Shown one piece after another: positions 26,424 through 39,679 of a DNA stretch of 64,000 nucleotides. The notes under the pieces were generated by a model. That model did no database searches. It was not told where the DNA came from and saw nothing but the letters and a program-made list of their open reading frames with translations. This DNA is from Callorhinchus milii (lineage: Eukaryota): assembly GCF_018977255.1 (NCBI RefSeq), contig NW_024704743.1, positions 45,572,001-45,636,000 on the forward strand, in the 5' to 3' direction. The first letter of the stretch is position 1, and every line of letters begins with the position of its first letter. The translations under genes and the position numbers were made by a program.

Positions 26424-28051
26424 CTGTAAGAATAACAAAAATTTCATGTATGTAGTCCAAACCAGTTATTCATTTCTCAGTGTTCAACAGAAGGGTTATC
26501 TGTATGCTTTAAGAATCATTGCTATTGCTAAAGCACATGTTGTCCTGATTATGGTAAGTAATTATTACTGTATTAGTGAATCCCACATCTGATTTGAATG
26601 AAGATCCTCCATACGTTCTTGCAAACTACACATGCCTGGATTCAAAAGTCTTCCATTTTCGTATTAAAAGTTATTTGGAATGTACTGAATAATAAATTAA
26701 CTTTCAATCTTAACTGCATTGTCTTTCATACAATATTCACAGAAATGCTGCCATGTGGGAAGTTTCAAAGGGCTGATTCTCTTTCACCAGCCTCAAATCT
26801 GTTGGATTGTAGAAAACAATGGAACATAAACCATTACAAACAACTCTTACTTTACTTTGCTTCCAGTCACTTCATATAAAAAAAACTTTGTGTGATCAAA
26901 AGATGGAAAAAATTACATATCTTTAAACAAAATCCCTCAGGATTAATTCACAATGCTGGAATTATGCCACATAAGATATAATAATAATACTTAAAACCAA
27001 GTAAACCAAGTCAGTGGAAATTAATCATGTGTAGTTTGCCCATTCTGTGGAAAGCTCAATCTGTGTAAAATTTAGTAAGATGCAGACTTACCACTTTACA
27101 GTAATGGCCAATTAGATCCAATTATTGGCCACCATATTTAAAGAGTTGCCCTTCAATTATTGGATAAAAATGAAATATTTTTATTTTGTAAAAGACACTT
27201 ATTTTACTTTCAAATCTAACAGTTTGTGATGCTCATTTGAAGCCCCAGCCCCCACACAAAATGGATAGAAACATAAAATCTACAGCGCACAAGGTGGTCA
27301 TTCAGCCCATCAAGCCCGCACTGTCGCACTGAGCAAGGATGTTGCTTCAATCCCACCACCAGCAAAATTTGAAAAATGGTATCCTGGCATTTCCAAATAA
27401 TGTAACAGTTGCACCACATGCATTCAGAACATACTGCTGCACATGCACAAAGCAGGAAGCAACTTCGGTGGTGACCTGATGCCCTGGAAGTTGGCCATTT
27501 GTTTAGCACATGAAGCTAAAATGGCTGACTTTCTATCAACAGATCCCATCCAAGCCATGAAGTTTATGTAGCAGTAGCTTCAGGTAAATCATCCTCACTT
27601 TTAGTCCCTGATGAAGGTAACAATGACTGAATGACGAGGCAAGGCAAATCATCCTTGCATGTTTCTGTCAGCACTAAGAAATTTCACAAGATTAAGGATG
27701 TCAAACAATTATGACTGTAATTTAAACTAAATTCATTTAAAATGATTAAAGTTTGAGGTGTTTTACAGTTTGGTAAACTGAGTAGTTTGCTCAATTTATC
27801 CCTCTCTCCTCATCTCACAGTATTTTTCCTCTAACAGGTACAGCTTCATGAGTGGCAGGTAACGTCCCTCAGTGGCAGGCTCCCACTTTTCTTCATAGCT
27901 TCCATAGTTTACTACAAATCTAAGAAAGGATTTACAGTGGGAATACACCTTGTGAATAGTTTTGTAATGTAATTTGAATCTAGCGAGGAAGCAGAATGCT
28001 AAAATACTAGAGAATCCTTGAAAATAATACATGGAAGTATTAAGTACTTAC

Positions 28052-28226
28052 TATTTTATTATCTGTAGCTTCTCCTAGTAACCCTCCAAATGTGATGACA
28101 GGAGACATGCAGGCACAATAAAGGAAAAGAATGGAAGCTAGGCACTGCAGGCTAAATGCATCCTTGTAGTCACTCAAGTAAAATGGCAATTTCCGTTTGA
28201 CATCAAGTATTAAGCCACCAAAGAAC
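28052..28226 (-). CDS. slc4a7: slc4a7 coding exon w13 (175 nt), TM1
   Basis: cacag|GTTCT...AAATA|gtaagt; [58 protein letters not shown]. Confidence 0.95.
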
Positions 28227-28469
28227 CTGTGGGGCAATTTAACATCTAGTCACAAAACTTTGGAATTCAACAGTTTTAAAAAGCAAACACAAAAATGATC
28301 TGTATCAACTCAGTGGATGAGCCAATGTGTGATGCATGGATTTTAATAGACAAATGTGAAGGAATACATATTGTAAGAAACAGTAAATACAGAATGAAGC
28401 GGTATTGATTAGCAGTGGATGAGACGATTTGGGTTTGATTGTCATCATTCCCTGAAGGTTTCCACCCAG

Positions 28470-28930
28470 TGTAAAGCTGCTGTCAACAAAACTAATACTT
28501 GATAGTCAAATACTCCATCATTTGAAATGCACTATTCAATTGTTACATAACTCATTGTGATTGCTGTGTTAGGATCAATGGGTGCAGGTTTTGGTACCCC
28601 ACCTTCAGGGTATCATATCACCATAGCATTGAAGAATTTGAGTAGCTTTCAAAGAAGAACAAGTTTGATTATGAGATTTAATGCTCTAAATTATGAGCTG
28701 GCCAATGATTTCTTTGTTACTTGAGTTGGAGTTGGTAACAGGAAAAGTGGAGACCAGGTTTAAACAGTAGAGCTATGGGGATGAATGATTTTTGATGAAT
28801 TACCATTATGTTCAGGAAGTTTCTATATGGAAGTTTCTCCCTAGCTATAGTGTGAGTAGTCTATGATAGGGTAAGAGTGGAAGCAGCAGGCTTGATGGGT
28901 TCACTTGCCTTTTTCCTTACGTCCTTATAG
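28470..28930 (+). mobile_element. Highly decayed CR1 fragment
   Basis: cagtgtaaagctgctgtcaacaaaactaa...tgcaggttttggtacccc...gcaggcttgatggg..gcctttttc resembles the CR1 ORF2 3' end and UTR. Confidence 0.45.
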
Positions 28931-29462
28931 ATAGTGTTACAGAACAGTTAATTCCAGAAACTAAGCATTGGAGCATATTGGTTCACATCCAAAGCTCGCC
29001 ATAAATTGAGTTCTCCATTTTAGCCATGCAGATAAGGAAGGCAACATGCATCCACAGCCGTACTTCAGCTAGTGGGAAGTTGCCTGGGAAATAACACATA
29101 CAAACAAAAGGAGGGAGGGGTGAAAGCTATATAAAGAACCTTTTTGGGGGGGAATGGAGTTGGCAGCAACTTGGGTGTAGCTTTAACGTTGCTGTTATTT
29201 TCTATAACAAGTGACACCAAGGCTTTGTAGAAACGTGAAAGATACATCATTTTTCTGATACATGCCTCTGACAATAACCACAAAACATGCTCACATTGGA
29301 GGAAAGAGGGGGTAATAAAAAGGAAAATAATTACATTCTGCTAAACATTCAATGATGTATCAGGGCAGCTCTGCAGTAGCTGCTTTCAAAATTTGCAAAC
29401 CACTGAACCCCATTTCATACCCGAAATAAATGCTTTTGTAGTGATTAGTGCATAAAACCAAC

Positions 29463-29566
29463 CTTCCAGTACGTGTAAGTTCTGGCCCGGTGTGATCCTC
29501 CACATGTTTCTGCATCTCATTAATAAGCGGTGAACCATTTGGAAGAGGAGGAAGCTTTCTTTTTTC
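29463..29566 (-). CDS. slc4a7: slc4a7 coding exon w12 (104 nt)
   Basis: aaaag|GAAAA...GGAAG|gttggt; EKRKLPPLPNGSPLINEMQKHVEDHTGPELTRTGR. Confidence 0.9.
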
Positions 29567-30611
29567 CTTTTTTAAATAAAGACAGGTGTAAAGAAATTAG
29601 TTTTTTTTTAAACAAATAAAATCTCAATATTGTGTCCCCAATTTACACTCAGCATCTTCTAATCTATTGGCAACTAAAATGCATTTACAGATTGGTTTGG
29701 ATGAAGGAAGCCGTTTGGCCCATTTGATCCTTTCCTTCCTGGACTTGTATAAAAAAAACATTTTGAACATGTCCAAGATTTTATAGATTTAGTATTGCTC
29801 GTCAGTAGCTGCAGGAAAATGCGCAAAATTAAAATAAAATCTATTTTCCATTGCACTTACAAATATGAGGTTTATTAAATGGAATGAAAGAGAATTATAG
29901 AATTAAAAGGTATTTATAGAAATAAATAAGAGAATTATAGAAATAATTCAGGGAATACATGTATGCACAACTGTTCTTCTTCAGCTAGTGACAACTCGTC
30001 TGGGAAACAAAAGGAGGAGGAAACAAAACACAAAAACTTTGCACTTAACAAAGGAATGTCCCAAATTTCCAACAGGAATCGCTGGATAACATTTGGGAGC
30101 AGAAGCTGTGACTCCTCCTCAAAGAGCTTTACAGGATTTACTATTAAGTGTAGTGACTGTATTTTTTAGGCAAATGTTTCTGCTCGTAGCCTTGAAAGCA
30201 AAGACTAACTGCAGTTCCTCTCCCACCTGAGAACGGTTAGCTCAGCATAGACCAGCAACTGACCCTGGTATCTTCAAGGTGTGCTTTCCTCAGTATCACG
30301 TGCATTTACCCCACAAAACCATTTGGGAAGCTTCGAATTGGAAACCAAATTTTACATCAATTATTACTATTACAATAATACAGTACTTGCAATTAATATA
30401 GCATCTTCATGTCAAAAAGCTTGACAGGATTTACTATAAAATGCAATGCGGCAACCTATAATTATTATAACCAAACTTCTAGCATATGCGTGACATTTGC
30501 AGTATAAAAAGGCACTAAAGACTCCTTTTTGTAGGGTCAAGTTTTGAATAACGTAATGATAGAGATACAATTCCATCTTATTAGACTAACAAAATTCTCA
30601 TTGTTCCATAA

Positions 30612-30720
30612 GTAGTGGTTAGAACACTTACGTCACAAGCGAGAGGATCCAGTTTGATTCCCAGGTGGGGCGAAACCTTAATTCACATTTCTGTTTACCT
30701 AGCAGTAAGTAGGAACCTTG
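30612..30720 (+). mobile_element. SINE family A 5' fragment adjacent to an exon donor
   Basis: agtggttaga...cgaga..ccagtttgattcccagg..gcgaaacc...ctgtttacctagcagtaagtaggaacc matches the 13309 copy. Confidence 0.7.
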
Positions 30721-30739
30721 TTGTTATTATTATTCTCAC

Positions 30740-30886
30740 CTGAGAAGGAACACATTTTGGTGGTTCAATTCGTATGGAAGGGTCCCATTCGCCTGGTGGG
30801 AGAACAGTAACTTGATCTAAAAATTCATCAATTCCTGCCAGTAGGTCTGTACGATCCTTTGCTCTGTAAGCAACATCGTGAAAAAC
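30740..30886 (-). CDS. slc4a7: slc4a7 coding exon w11 (147 nt)
   Basis: tcaag|GTTTT...CTCAG|gtgaga; [49 protein letters not shown]. Confidence 0.95.
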
Positions 30887-30939
30887 CTTGATATGAAACA
30901 AAAATGGATAGTGAGGAAAATGACTAGATTCTCACAACT

Positions 30940-31570
30940 ATTATAACTTTGAAGGGTGACCATTTGTGGGATTAAGCAGTCTCCTTGGGTTGAGATGGCT
31001 TAAAGGTATCGTGCTTAGCAATGGAATGTCACAACATAGATTGTTTTTTGACAAGCACTGGCTCATTACTGTGGTCAGTTTGGAAATCGGATGGGAGAGG
31101 CTTGCGTAGGGAGTGGAGGGAAAGATGAGCAAAGTTGGTTGGCAACCGCTCATTCCAGGACTTTCGACTTGAGGAGGGGGGTGCGATGATAGATATTTTG
31201 ATGTGGATGTGCCTGAGGTTATCTGTGTCTGCCTGAAGGGGGGCATCTGGGTGGTCAGTCACTGAGTTGGGAGAGGTTCAAGTCAGCAGTAGTGGGTTTT
31301 ATATGGGTAAAGCAGAGGAAGGAGAAATGGGGGCAGTAGAGTCGTGGCAATAAGAGGAGCAGTGGTAGGGGATGTGGGGAAGGTACAAGACATAGGAGAA
31401 GGAAGAGAATGCAGCCAAGCAGACATCGTCTATCTTTGATAAGAAGAGTATTTGAGAAGTCATGGCGGGAGATAACAAAAGCATTTATGAGGGCTTCGGC
31501 AGCATTTGATTTGAGGGAAGATACACAGGAAGACTCCAATCTTGGGTGGAACCATATGAGAAAGTCGGTC
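30940..31570 (-). mobile_element. Degenerate L2 fragments (RT region and C-terminal region)
   Basis: SDFQTDHSNEPVLVK resembles QSGFRxxHSTETALxK; AAEALINAFVISRHDFSNTLL. Confidence 0.55.
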
Positions 31571-31966
31571 TGTTTTAGATTCTCTCAAGCATGGTGATGT
31601 GTTTCAGTTGACCAAACAAGAGTTACTATCAATGATGAAGTACACTAACGTTTGCAAAAGTTAATGTTTTTGGTTGCTAAGATTACAAAAAGAATCAGCA
31701 GATTTAACTGCTCCTGATTTATCCTTTAATTCAAACAGAAACTATGCTGTAGACATATTATTTACTATTACAAATTTGAATGACTTGCCAATAAACCAAG
31801 AAGCTCATCCAAGGACTATCGTTGTACACGGTGTATACTGGGAATCAGTTTGGGCCAAAAGTAACAAATGAAAAATATTCAATATTTCATTTAAACCTAA
31901 TCACATTGCTAAAGATTACATGGTTCATTTATCTTGTAAGTTTTCTGAACAGAAAAGTCAACTTGC

Positions 31967-32054
31967 CTCATCTGTCATTAGAGTAGCTATCGATCTACCA
32001 ATCTCGTGATACTGCTGTGCTTTTCCAGATGGACCCAACATCAGAAACAAAAAC
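31967..32054 (-). CDS. slc4a7: slc4a7 coding exon w10 (88 nt), followed by a GC-AG intron
   Basis: cttag|GTTTT...GATGAG|gcaagt; [29 protein letters not shown]. Confidence 0.93.
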
Positions 32055-32726
32055 CTAAGTGAAGAAACCAAATGCACATCACAGTATTTTCATTTGTTAG
32101 AATTCTTATTGACAAGCACATCAAGATCATAACGTTAAAACAAGACAAAGCAAGAAATGGTCAAAAGGGATATTATACTTTGATTTTTTGGATTTTAAAC
32201 GTAGGAAGAAGGAAATATTGAGGGACGATAATGCTTCTAGAGTTTTGAGGTAATGAAAAAAAATCAACTCAGTGAAAACAGAATAGGTTTTAACTTAATT
32301 GGTGTAAGGCAACTTATCTAGAACTTCAGACAAGAGATAACAACAGTATTATTGGTAAAAGTGAGAAAAACAGGTTAGCATGCAGAAAGGTGGGCTCAAA
32401 GTGAGAGAAGGATAACCCAACATTCCATGAGTACAAGAGAGACGTAAGAAAAGCCTTCTCAGATATGGATATAGTAATTGATAAACTTTGCATTGTTTAC
32501 AACAGCTTTCAAGTTGAGAGGATACCTCAAATTACATCACAGGATATACTTCGAAGTGTAGTGACTATATTGAAGTCGAAATAGTGTTCAAGTCCTGGCA
32601 AACCTGAGCTTTATAGCGAATTAAAGTTATTGAGGGAGAAAAGAAATAACACTGTAGCTAGCATGAGGACCTCATGGCATGAGGGTACCCTACACCCGTG
32701 CCATGTCTTGCTCCGCCTTCTCCCAC

Positions 32727-32965
32727 TTTCGCAACATCACCTGGTTCTACCACTCCCTCCCCTCAGGCTGGCAAAACACTTATCCACGCATTTATTACAT
32801 CTAGGCTCATCTATGCCAACTTCCTGCTTGTCGGCCTTGCCAACTCTTCCCTCCACAAGCTGCAGATCATCCAGAACTCTGCAGCTCATGTCCTCTCCCA
32901 CACCAGGCTCCATGACCCTATAACCCCCATCCTCGCCCAACTCCACTGGCTCCCTCCTCCCACAG
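32727..32965 (+). mobile_element. L2-clade LINE ORF2 fragment
   Basis: QAGKTLIHAFITSRLIYANFLLVGLANSSLHKLQIIQNSAAHVLSHTRLHDPITPILAQLHWLP. Confidence 0.85.
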
Positions 32966-34162
32966 AGATAAAACCTGTGTTTTAACCAATAATCTTCATG
33001 TGTCCTTATCTACCTGGCTCAGTGGGAGATCCGGACTGCATTGGTGTCAGCAGCCATCCACAAAGGTACGAGCAGGCAGATAGTGGAGGTCGAGCGAGAG
33101 CCAGAGGCCAAGCCAAAATGAATGGTTAGAGCAGGGGAGGGGAATGCGAGTACATGGGTTTGTAAAAGGGGTGACACTAACTGCAAGGCCAGGTGCCTAC
33201 ACCCCTCTTGACTTATGTGACTGTTACAGTTGCAGGTTTCCTACCCTAGAGAGATTAACAATACTTTTATACAATTATACTTCCAGCAAAATGTAGTATA
33301 AACCTTGAAATATGCTGTTCAATTTTGTTGATGATCACACACGTTTAATTTTTTTCATCTGAAGCTTGGCCGATACCTTAGACAAACTAAACGCACGGCA
33401 CACACTCCACTGATATAAAGCATCACTATTTCGAAATTTAGAAAGCAAAAGTACTTAATTGGTTGTATTTAGTCTACTTGATTTATTCCATGTAAACAGA
33501 ATTCTACCAAACTGCAATATATAATAATCTTTGGAATTGATTTAGCACTTATTACGACGTCTCAAAGCAGTTCACAGAACATACTATAAAGTGGATTGAC
33601 TGTATTTTGTGGACAGAACGGATTCAGATATATGGAATCCGCTTTAGGCGGGCGCCAGTTAACCTCGGACATCGGGTAAATTGAACGTACGGCCCCGATT
33701 CATTTGTATTCTTACCATTTTTAAACATGCCTGTTAATTTGGACAAATATATTTTATATATTAATATTTTAAAAAATATACATTCAAATGTCACTAAAAT
33801 GTTAGCTATGAGATACAACTCCCACAAATAAGTACTTACCATCAATGAGTACTACAAAAGGTATGAGGAAGGTATTTATCTGAATATTCCCACTCTTAAG
33901 ATTAAATTTTAAACTGCATTGTCATGATAAATTCTTTCATAATCTTTGAATGTACAGCAGTTCAAACCACACATCTTCATTCATTGGCTTGACATTTCAG
34001 AATTTTTTTTAATGATTCACTTCCTTTATTATTGCTGTCACTTTACAAAAAGGTGCATTCCCACAACAAGGCTCACATGTTGGGGGGACGGGAAGGAGGA
34101 AGAATGGGAGCTGAAAAGAGAGAACAAGGCAGTCATGTGCACTCACGGTACCAAGCTCTTAA

Positions 34163-34593
34163 AGGTGCAATATGGCTCAGTTGGTAGCACTCTCGACCAA
34201 GTCAGAATGTTGTGGGTTCAAGCCCCAATTCAGGACTTGAACTCACATAGTCTAGGCTGACCTCCAATACAGTGCTGGGGGTGTGTTCTATTGTTGGAGA
34301 CACTGTCCTTCAGATGAAACACTAAGTAGAGGTCCCATCTGACTGTTCAGGCAGACATTAAAGATCTAAAGCACTATTCAAAAAGAGAAGGAAATTTCTC
34401 CCGGTATCCTGGCCAGCAATCCCCCAGATAAAATTAAAAATCCATTTCATGGTTGGTTGTGGGACATTGCTGTTGACAACTGGCTGCCAAATCCACCTAC
34501 AAATACACTGTCACTCCACTTCACAGTGAATCCTGTGAAGTGCTTTGAGACCCCTTCCCAAAAGGAACTGTACCAAATACAAGGATTATTATT
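34163..34593 (+). mobile_element. Deu-domain SINE (SacSINE1/AmnSINE1-like, family B)
   Basis: tRNA-like head ggctcagttggtagcactctc..gtgggttcaagcccc; core ...aaagatc..gcactattc..agagaagg..tttctcccggtatcctggcca; L2-type tail. Confidence 0.8.
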
Positions 34594-34783
34594 AGTTTCC
34601 CAATGGGTGCATTTTTCCCTTTTGAATGATTGCCTATTTGTACATTGAGATATAGAAAATTTGAGGGAAAATTTGCTTCTATTGCAAAGTACTGCAGACC
34701 CATTTTTCACCAGGAGTACATTACAAAAAATACAGAATCTTTTCACTTTCAATAGTGCAATTTATATCTGGTGTTTTATTTAC

Positions 34784-34941
34784 CTTGTTGGAATAGGGAC
34801 TTCTGTGAGTCCTGTGAGAAGAATGGCAGGAGACAGTCGAATAAAGGCTATGATTGATCTCTCAAGGAAATCCACCTCTCCCACCAGGACATTGGATGCC
34901 TCAGCACCTGGTGGAATCTTCCTCATAAAGTTCATGTCCAC
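34784..34941 (-). CDS. slc4a7: slc4a7 coding exon w9 (158 nt)
   Basis: tgtag|GTGGAC...ACAAG|gtaaat; [53 protein letters not shown]. Confidence 0.95.
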
Positions 34942-35805
34942 CTACAGAAATTATAGGGGCAATAGTAAATGTTAATTGCAGTTCAAAGATCTTAATACGT
35001 GAAAACAACTCATAAATAAAATAGTGCCATGATTGTGCATTCAGTCTGTAATCAGAAGTGTTGCGTGTGTGCCTTTGTTTTCCATCTTGCAAGCCTAACC
35101 AGTCAGAAGCTTGGTCGTCTAAAATGTCACGATTAACTTTCCTGACTATATAGACAAGTCTCCAACCATATACTTCTTTAAACATTACTATCAGATGCTA
35201 AAGTAAATGCACAATTTTGTCAATTTCTCTCTAACTTTAAATTATATTACACTCTCTTCCTTAATCCCTCCGCGTTGCCCTATTCCTCCCCAACTTCAAA
35301 TCCCGCCTAATGACCTTTCTTTTTGATACGCTTATGGTTATTTCCCCACTCCCTCTCCCCCTAGCTCGTTGTCAGACTCCTCCACTGCAAAGCGCTCTGG
35401 GACACTATCCCGCCTGAAGGGCACTATATAAATGCAACATGTTGTTGTTGTAATGGTTATATTTCTATTGGGAACAAATGTAGCTGACACCATACAAGTG
35501 CGTATTAGAGAGGTTATGTTTGGTTCTCTATGAAAAAGGTACTAAATTAAATGTGTTACGTTGGAAACCGTCAGCGTTATAGTGAGAGGCAGCTACTTGA
35601 GTTCAGTTGATAAATTATGCTCGTTGAATTTCAACGAAAAACACTAATTCAAAACAATAACCAAATATCAAATACTGAACATTTACACCAAAATATAACT
35701 ATCACCACACAATACTGAAGATTCAACACATGTCTTAATTTCAAAACACAGACCAAAACAACGCACAACAACTGTACATTAGGAGCCACAGAACCAAACA
35801 CTTAC

Positions 35806-35865
35806 TGTGGGCCTCTTGAGTCTCGTACCAAGTGCGACACAACTACAATGCCAGGAGTCAGACTC
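35806..35865 (-). CDS. slc4a7: slc4a7 coding exon w8 = optional 20-aa cassette IV-like exon (60 nt, phase 0-0)
   Basis: Long polypyrimidine tract, gacag|GAGTCT...CCCACA|gtaagt; ESDSWHCSCVALGTRLKRPT; lies between ...DFSK and VDMNF... Confidence 0.85.
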
Positions 35866-36349
35866 CTGTCCATTAAGGAGGCATATAGAGGGAGGGGCAA
35901 AAGAAGAAAAACAAAAGAAAAGGGGGAAAAAAAGAAAAAAAGTCATAATAGAGATGCTGGCAATAAGATACCTGCTTCAATTGAGGTACAAGGGAAAAAA
36001 ATTAATTCAAACTTTAACTAAAGGAAAGAAAGTGGGTTTCAACACACAATTTAAGAAATGTTGAGTCAACTGTAAAAGAAATATCCAGGTCAAATTGACT
36101 GAAAGAATATGCAGCTATATTGTACTTGATTGCAATTTAAACAATAATAATCAAAGCTTTGTTTTGAAGTAAACTCAATGTAATTTACCATGGTGGCAAC
36201 TATCATTCAGGGATTAGATAGACATGCCGAAGGAGAAGGTACCGCTCTGTTGTTGGCAGTCCTGCACTTGTAGATACTTTACAGATGCAATGAAACTATT
36301 AAAGATCAACTTTATTTTATTATTTGATTAAAAAGGTCAATAATCTCAG

Positions 36350-36657
36350 CAGTGCTGGTGGAGAGTTGCATATTAGAGGTACTTTCCTTCAGTTGAGATA
36401 CTGAAACGAGGTCCTGTATGTCTGTTCAGGACAGGTAAAGATCCCATGGCACTATTCAAAAAGAGAAAGGAGTTTCTCCCTGTGTCCTAGTCAATAATGC
36501 TCCAAGTAAAATCTGTGTCACTCACTACACGGATGTTCATGGGTGATTATGATGTGCAAATTGACTGCCGAGTTTGCTACAATAGTCAGTACAGTATACA
36601 CTGTGAAATGCTTTGAGACATTGAAGATGTTATATCAAATGCAAGGATTGTTATTTA
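36350..36657 (+). mobile_element. Deu-domain SINE (family B), 5'-truncated
   Basis: taaagatcccatggcactattcaaaaagagaaaggagtttctccctgtgtccta core and caaatgcaaggatt tail. Confidence 0.75.
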
Positions 36658-37379
36658 TTTGAAGTTCTCATAGGTGACCTTTTCGGTGGCTAGGTGGTTT
36701 ATAAAATGATCCACTAATATGATGGACAATAAATGAGAAGTGCTGTTAGACTTACTTTGAACATCTAAAATTGCCCATTATCCTCCTACAGACAGCTAAC
36801 AATCCTCTGATAAGCAGAACATGTGGACACAAGCAAGATTACAAGAAAGAGTCTTCAAATTCTCAATAGAAGACAAGATAGCCATTATATTCACAAAAAT
36901 AAGCCTCGTATGCTATCACCCAGTGATTCTGAATCATCAGAACAGACTCTTTCAGAACATTAAATCGTGGTTCTATTTTTATAATCATAATAATCCTTGT
37001 ATTTGATATAGCGCTTTTCATGTCTTCTCGATTTTTAAGATTCAAGGGCACAATGTAAGACTCCCTGTAAGAAGGGAGTCTTTTCTTTTCCTGTTTCATA
37101 TTGTTCTTCATTACATATTTATCCAGTTCCCTTTTACGTGTTACATTCTTTGCTTGTCCATTTGTAAGAATGAATTGGATGGAAGGTTATAGCATGGAAA
37201 TAGGCCAATCGGCCTATTGGAGAGAATACAGTATGAATTTACAAAGATGTTTTCAAGGATATGCAGATACCGCTATTGAGAAAGAATGGACAGATTTCAG
37301 CTTTTCTTCCCTGGAGATGATTGAGGGGGGACCTGATAAGAGATGCGTAAGATTAACATGTCCGTGCCATTATTTAAAC

Positions 37380-37880
37380 TGAGCCTCCACTCCTCCTAAT
37401 CCTATCGTATATACTCTCCCATTCCCTTCTCTCTTGTGTTTGTAATGTTTCCTCTTAAGCAGGTTGACTCTTTTTGCTTCAATCACATCTTCCACATTCT
37501 CACCACCCTCTATGTAAAGAGCAAAATTCCCTTTTAGCTCTGTTAGTGATTATGTTATATTTACGTCCTCTTGTTTTGGTCTGTTAGTAAATAGCCTGTT
37601 AACATCCACCTGCCATACCCTTTCATAACTTTAAACACCTCTAACAGGTCCCCTCTCAATCATTTCCTCCAGTGAAAAAAAAATCTCTAAGCTGTCCATT
37701 CTTTCTTGATAGCTGTATCTGCTCACCCTTGATAACATCCTAGTAAATCCACACTGTATTATTCTCTCTAATGCAACAATTTGCTTCCTGTAATACGGCG
37801 GCCAAAACTGCATATCCAAATACAGTCTAACCAAGGTTTTATATAAATTTAACATTACATTTCTATGCTTGTACTGAGTA
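37380..37880 (-). mobile_element. Old CR1 3' fragment
   Basis: YKHRNVMLNLYKTLVR..QFWPPYYRKQIVALER..FTRML..YSYQERMDSL. Confidence 0.75.
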
Positions 37881-38996
37881 TGCAAATATACAAAACCGTG
37901 TATGTGGAGGTTGAACATCAAAGAATGAGGAAACCCACACACCTTTGGCAGATAAAATGTTAACATTCTTCCTCATTTATAAAAGTGGGTAGATCAAAGG
38001 AGCTCAGCCATCAAAGGCCTGAATTCTGATGACCTAACCCTTGAAATCCGCTTGAAGCATTGTAGCACTGAAGCAGTTATTGTATTGAGCAATTCAGTTA
38101 CGTCAATGCTTGGTTGAAATTAGCAGCTGCCTTACAGATCCACTGAAAGGTAATCAGCACATTGGCTCACAAATACAGTCTGCTCTGACCTTTCTTGGTG
38201 AGCCTCACCCAGTCAAGGAGTAACATAAGGAGCTAGTTTGGTCAGTTTTTTAAAAAAAAATGGGATATCCATGTCGTTGATCCCAAATGAAATTGATCAA
38301 TGAAAATCTTTCATCAGCATATAGTTAAACAATGTACACTTATAAAGCACCTTTCATATTGGGAATATGTTTGCAAAGGCTGAGTGGGAATCGGAGTTGG
38401 AAGGGAGCTCAGGGATGAGGATGGGGTGGCAGAAAGCTTGGCCAAAAACAGTCAAATATGTAGGTCTTCAGGCCGGATTTGACAGCAGAGAGGGAGAGGG
38501 CATAGCAGACAGGTTTCAGGAGAGAGTTTCAGCAGGAGAGGGAAAAGTAGCTGGAAGCTTGCCAATCAATGATAGAACTGGCATGGGGCACGAAGCAAGC
38601 TGAGGTTGGTGGAGCTGAGGGAGTGGCTAACGGTCCTATGAGGAAAACGTGTGTACCTCACTTTTTATCTTGGAGTGACAGAATATTTATTATCCTATTT
38701 ATTACCCTTCACTCCCATATAATGAAGCTCCTAGAATATTAACTGTAACCTCACCTATTTCTCCCTTCCATTCCCATCGAGGGTTCCTGCGTTTATCTCA
38801 TCAGGGCTATTGACCGGAGACATTCAATTCCTTGACTTCATAACATGACCAGCAACAATTTACACTGATCTTCAAGTACTAACCAGTGAGCACTAACTTT
38901 TGTCTTCAATAGGTTTGATTTTTGACAAATGTGCTGCATTTGCCACACCAATAAAGAAGAAAAATCTAAAAGCAGCAAACAGCTTAATAACCTTTA

Positions 38997-39091
38997 CTTT
39001 CTAGCAATGTGGCTCCCATTTCTACTACAAACCTAAGAAAAACCTTGGCTTTCTAGCAACGTGGCTCCCATTTCTACTACAAACCTAAGAA
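38997..39091 (+). repeat. Direct duplication of 43 bp (period 52, one mismatch)
   Basis: ctttctagcaa(t/c)gtggctcccatttctactacaaacctaagaa at 38997 and 39049. Confidence 0.92.
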
Positions 39092-39679
39092 TGTGAAGCA
39101 CAGCCGTAAGTTTTACAAAATACATTCTAAATTTGAATAAAGGATAAGCTCTCCAGTATTAGACAATGATTCTAAAGAACTGTTTTCTCTCTCCTCGTCT
39201 CCCTCCCCACATCCAACACAACCAGTGGAACTTATTTTTATTTATTATTTTTCATATGACGTTCACATAAAACTATGCTTATTTCTGGTTATAAAGATTT
39301 GGAAAAAGCAGTTTTGTACAAATGAATATTTAAAATCAGGCCCAGTCTTGACGATCAGTGCAAACTGACAACATTAGCAAAATTAAGTTTCAGGTAACAT
39401 TATTCAGAATGTTAGCAGAATTCAGTCCCAATATTTTAATAAGGTGTTGGTGTAGAGAACAACAGAACTTAAATTGTCTAAATGACAATGAACGCTGCCA
39501 ATGTAATCTAAACATGGTATCAAGCAGCATAGTGTACAGTACAACAAAGTGAAAAGTGCATAAAAGAATACTTTAATATCGTCTTTACTAAAATTATATT
39601 CACATAAAAAAGATCCACTGCAAGATGATATAAAAAGTATTGGGTATATATGCATTAGTATTTTGTGTAAAATAATTAC

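Noticed and set aside
27606..27640. Second hammerhead-like string ctgatgaaggt...actgaa
   Set aside because: Lacks a GAAA box and a convincing stem II; too degenerate
33619..33641. Short hairpin cggattc...gaatccg
   Set aside because: A 7-bp stem at a repeat junction is expected by chance or as transposon debris
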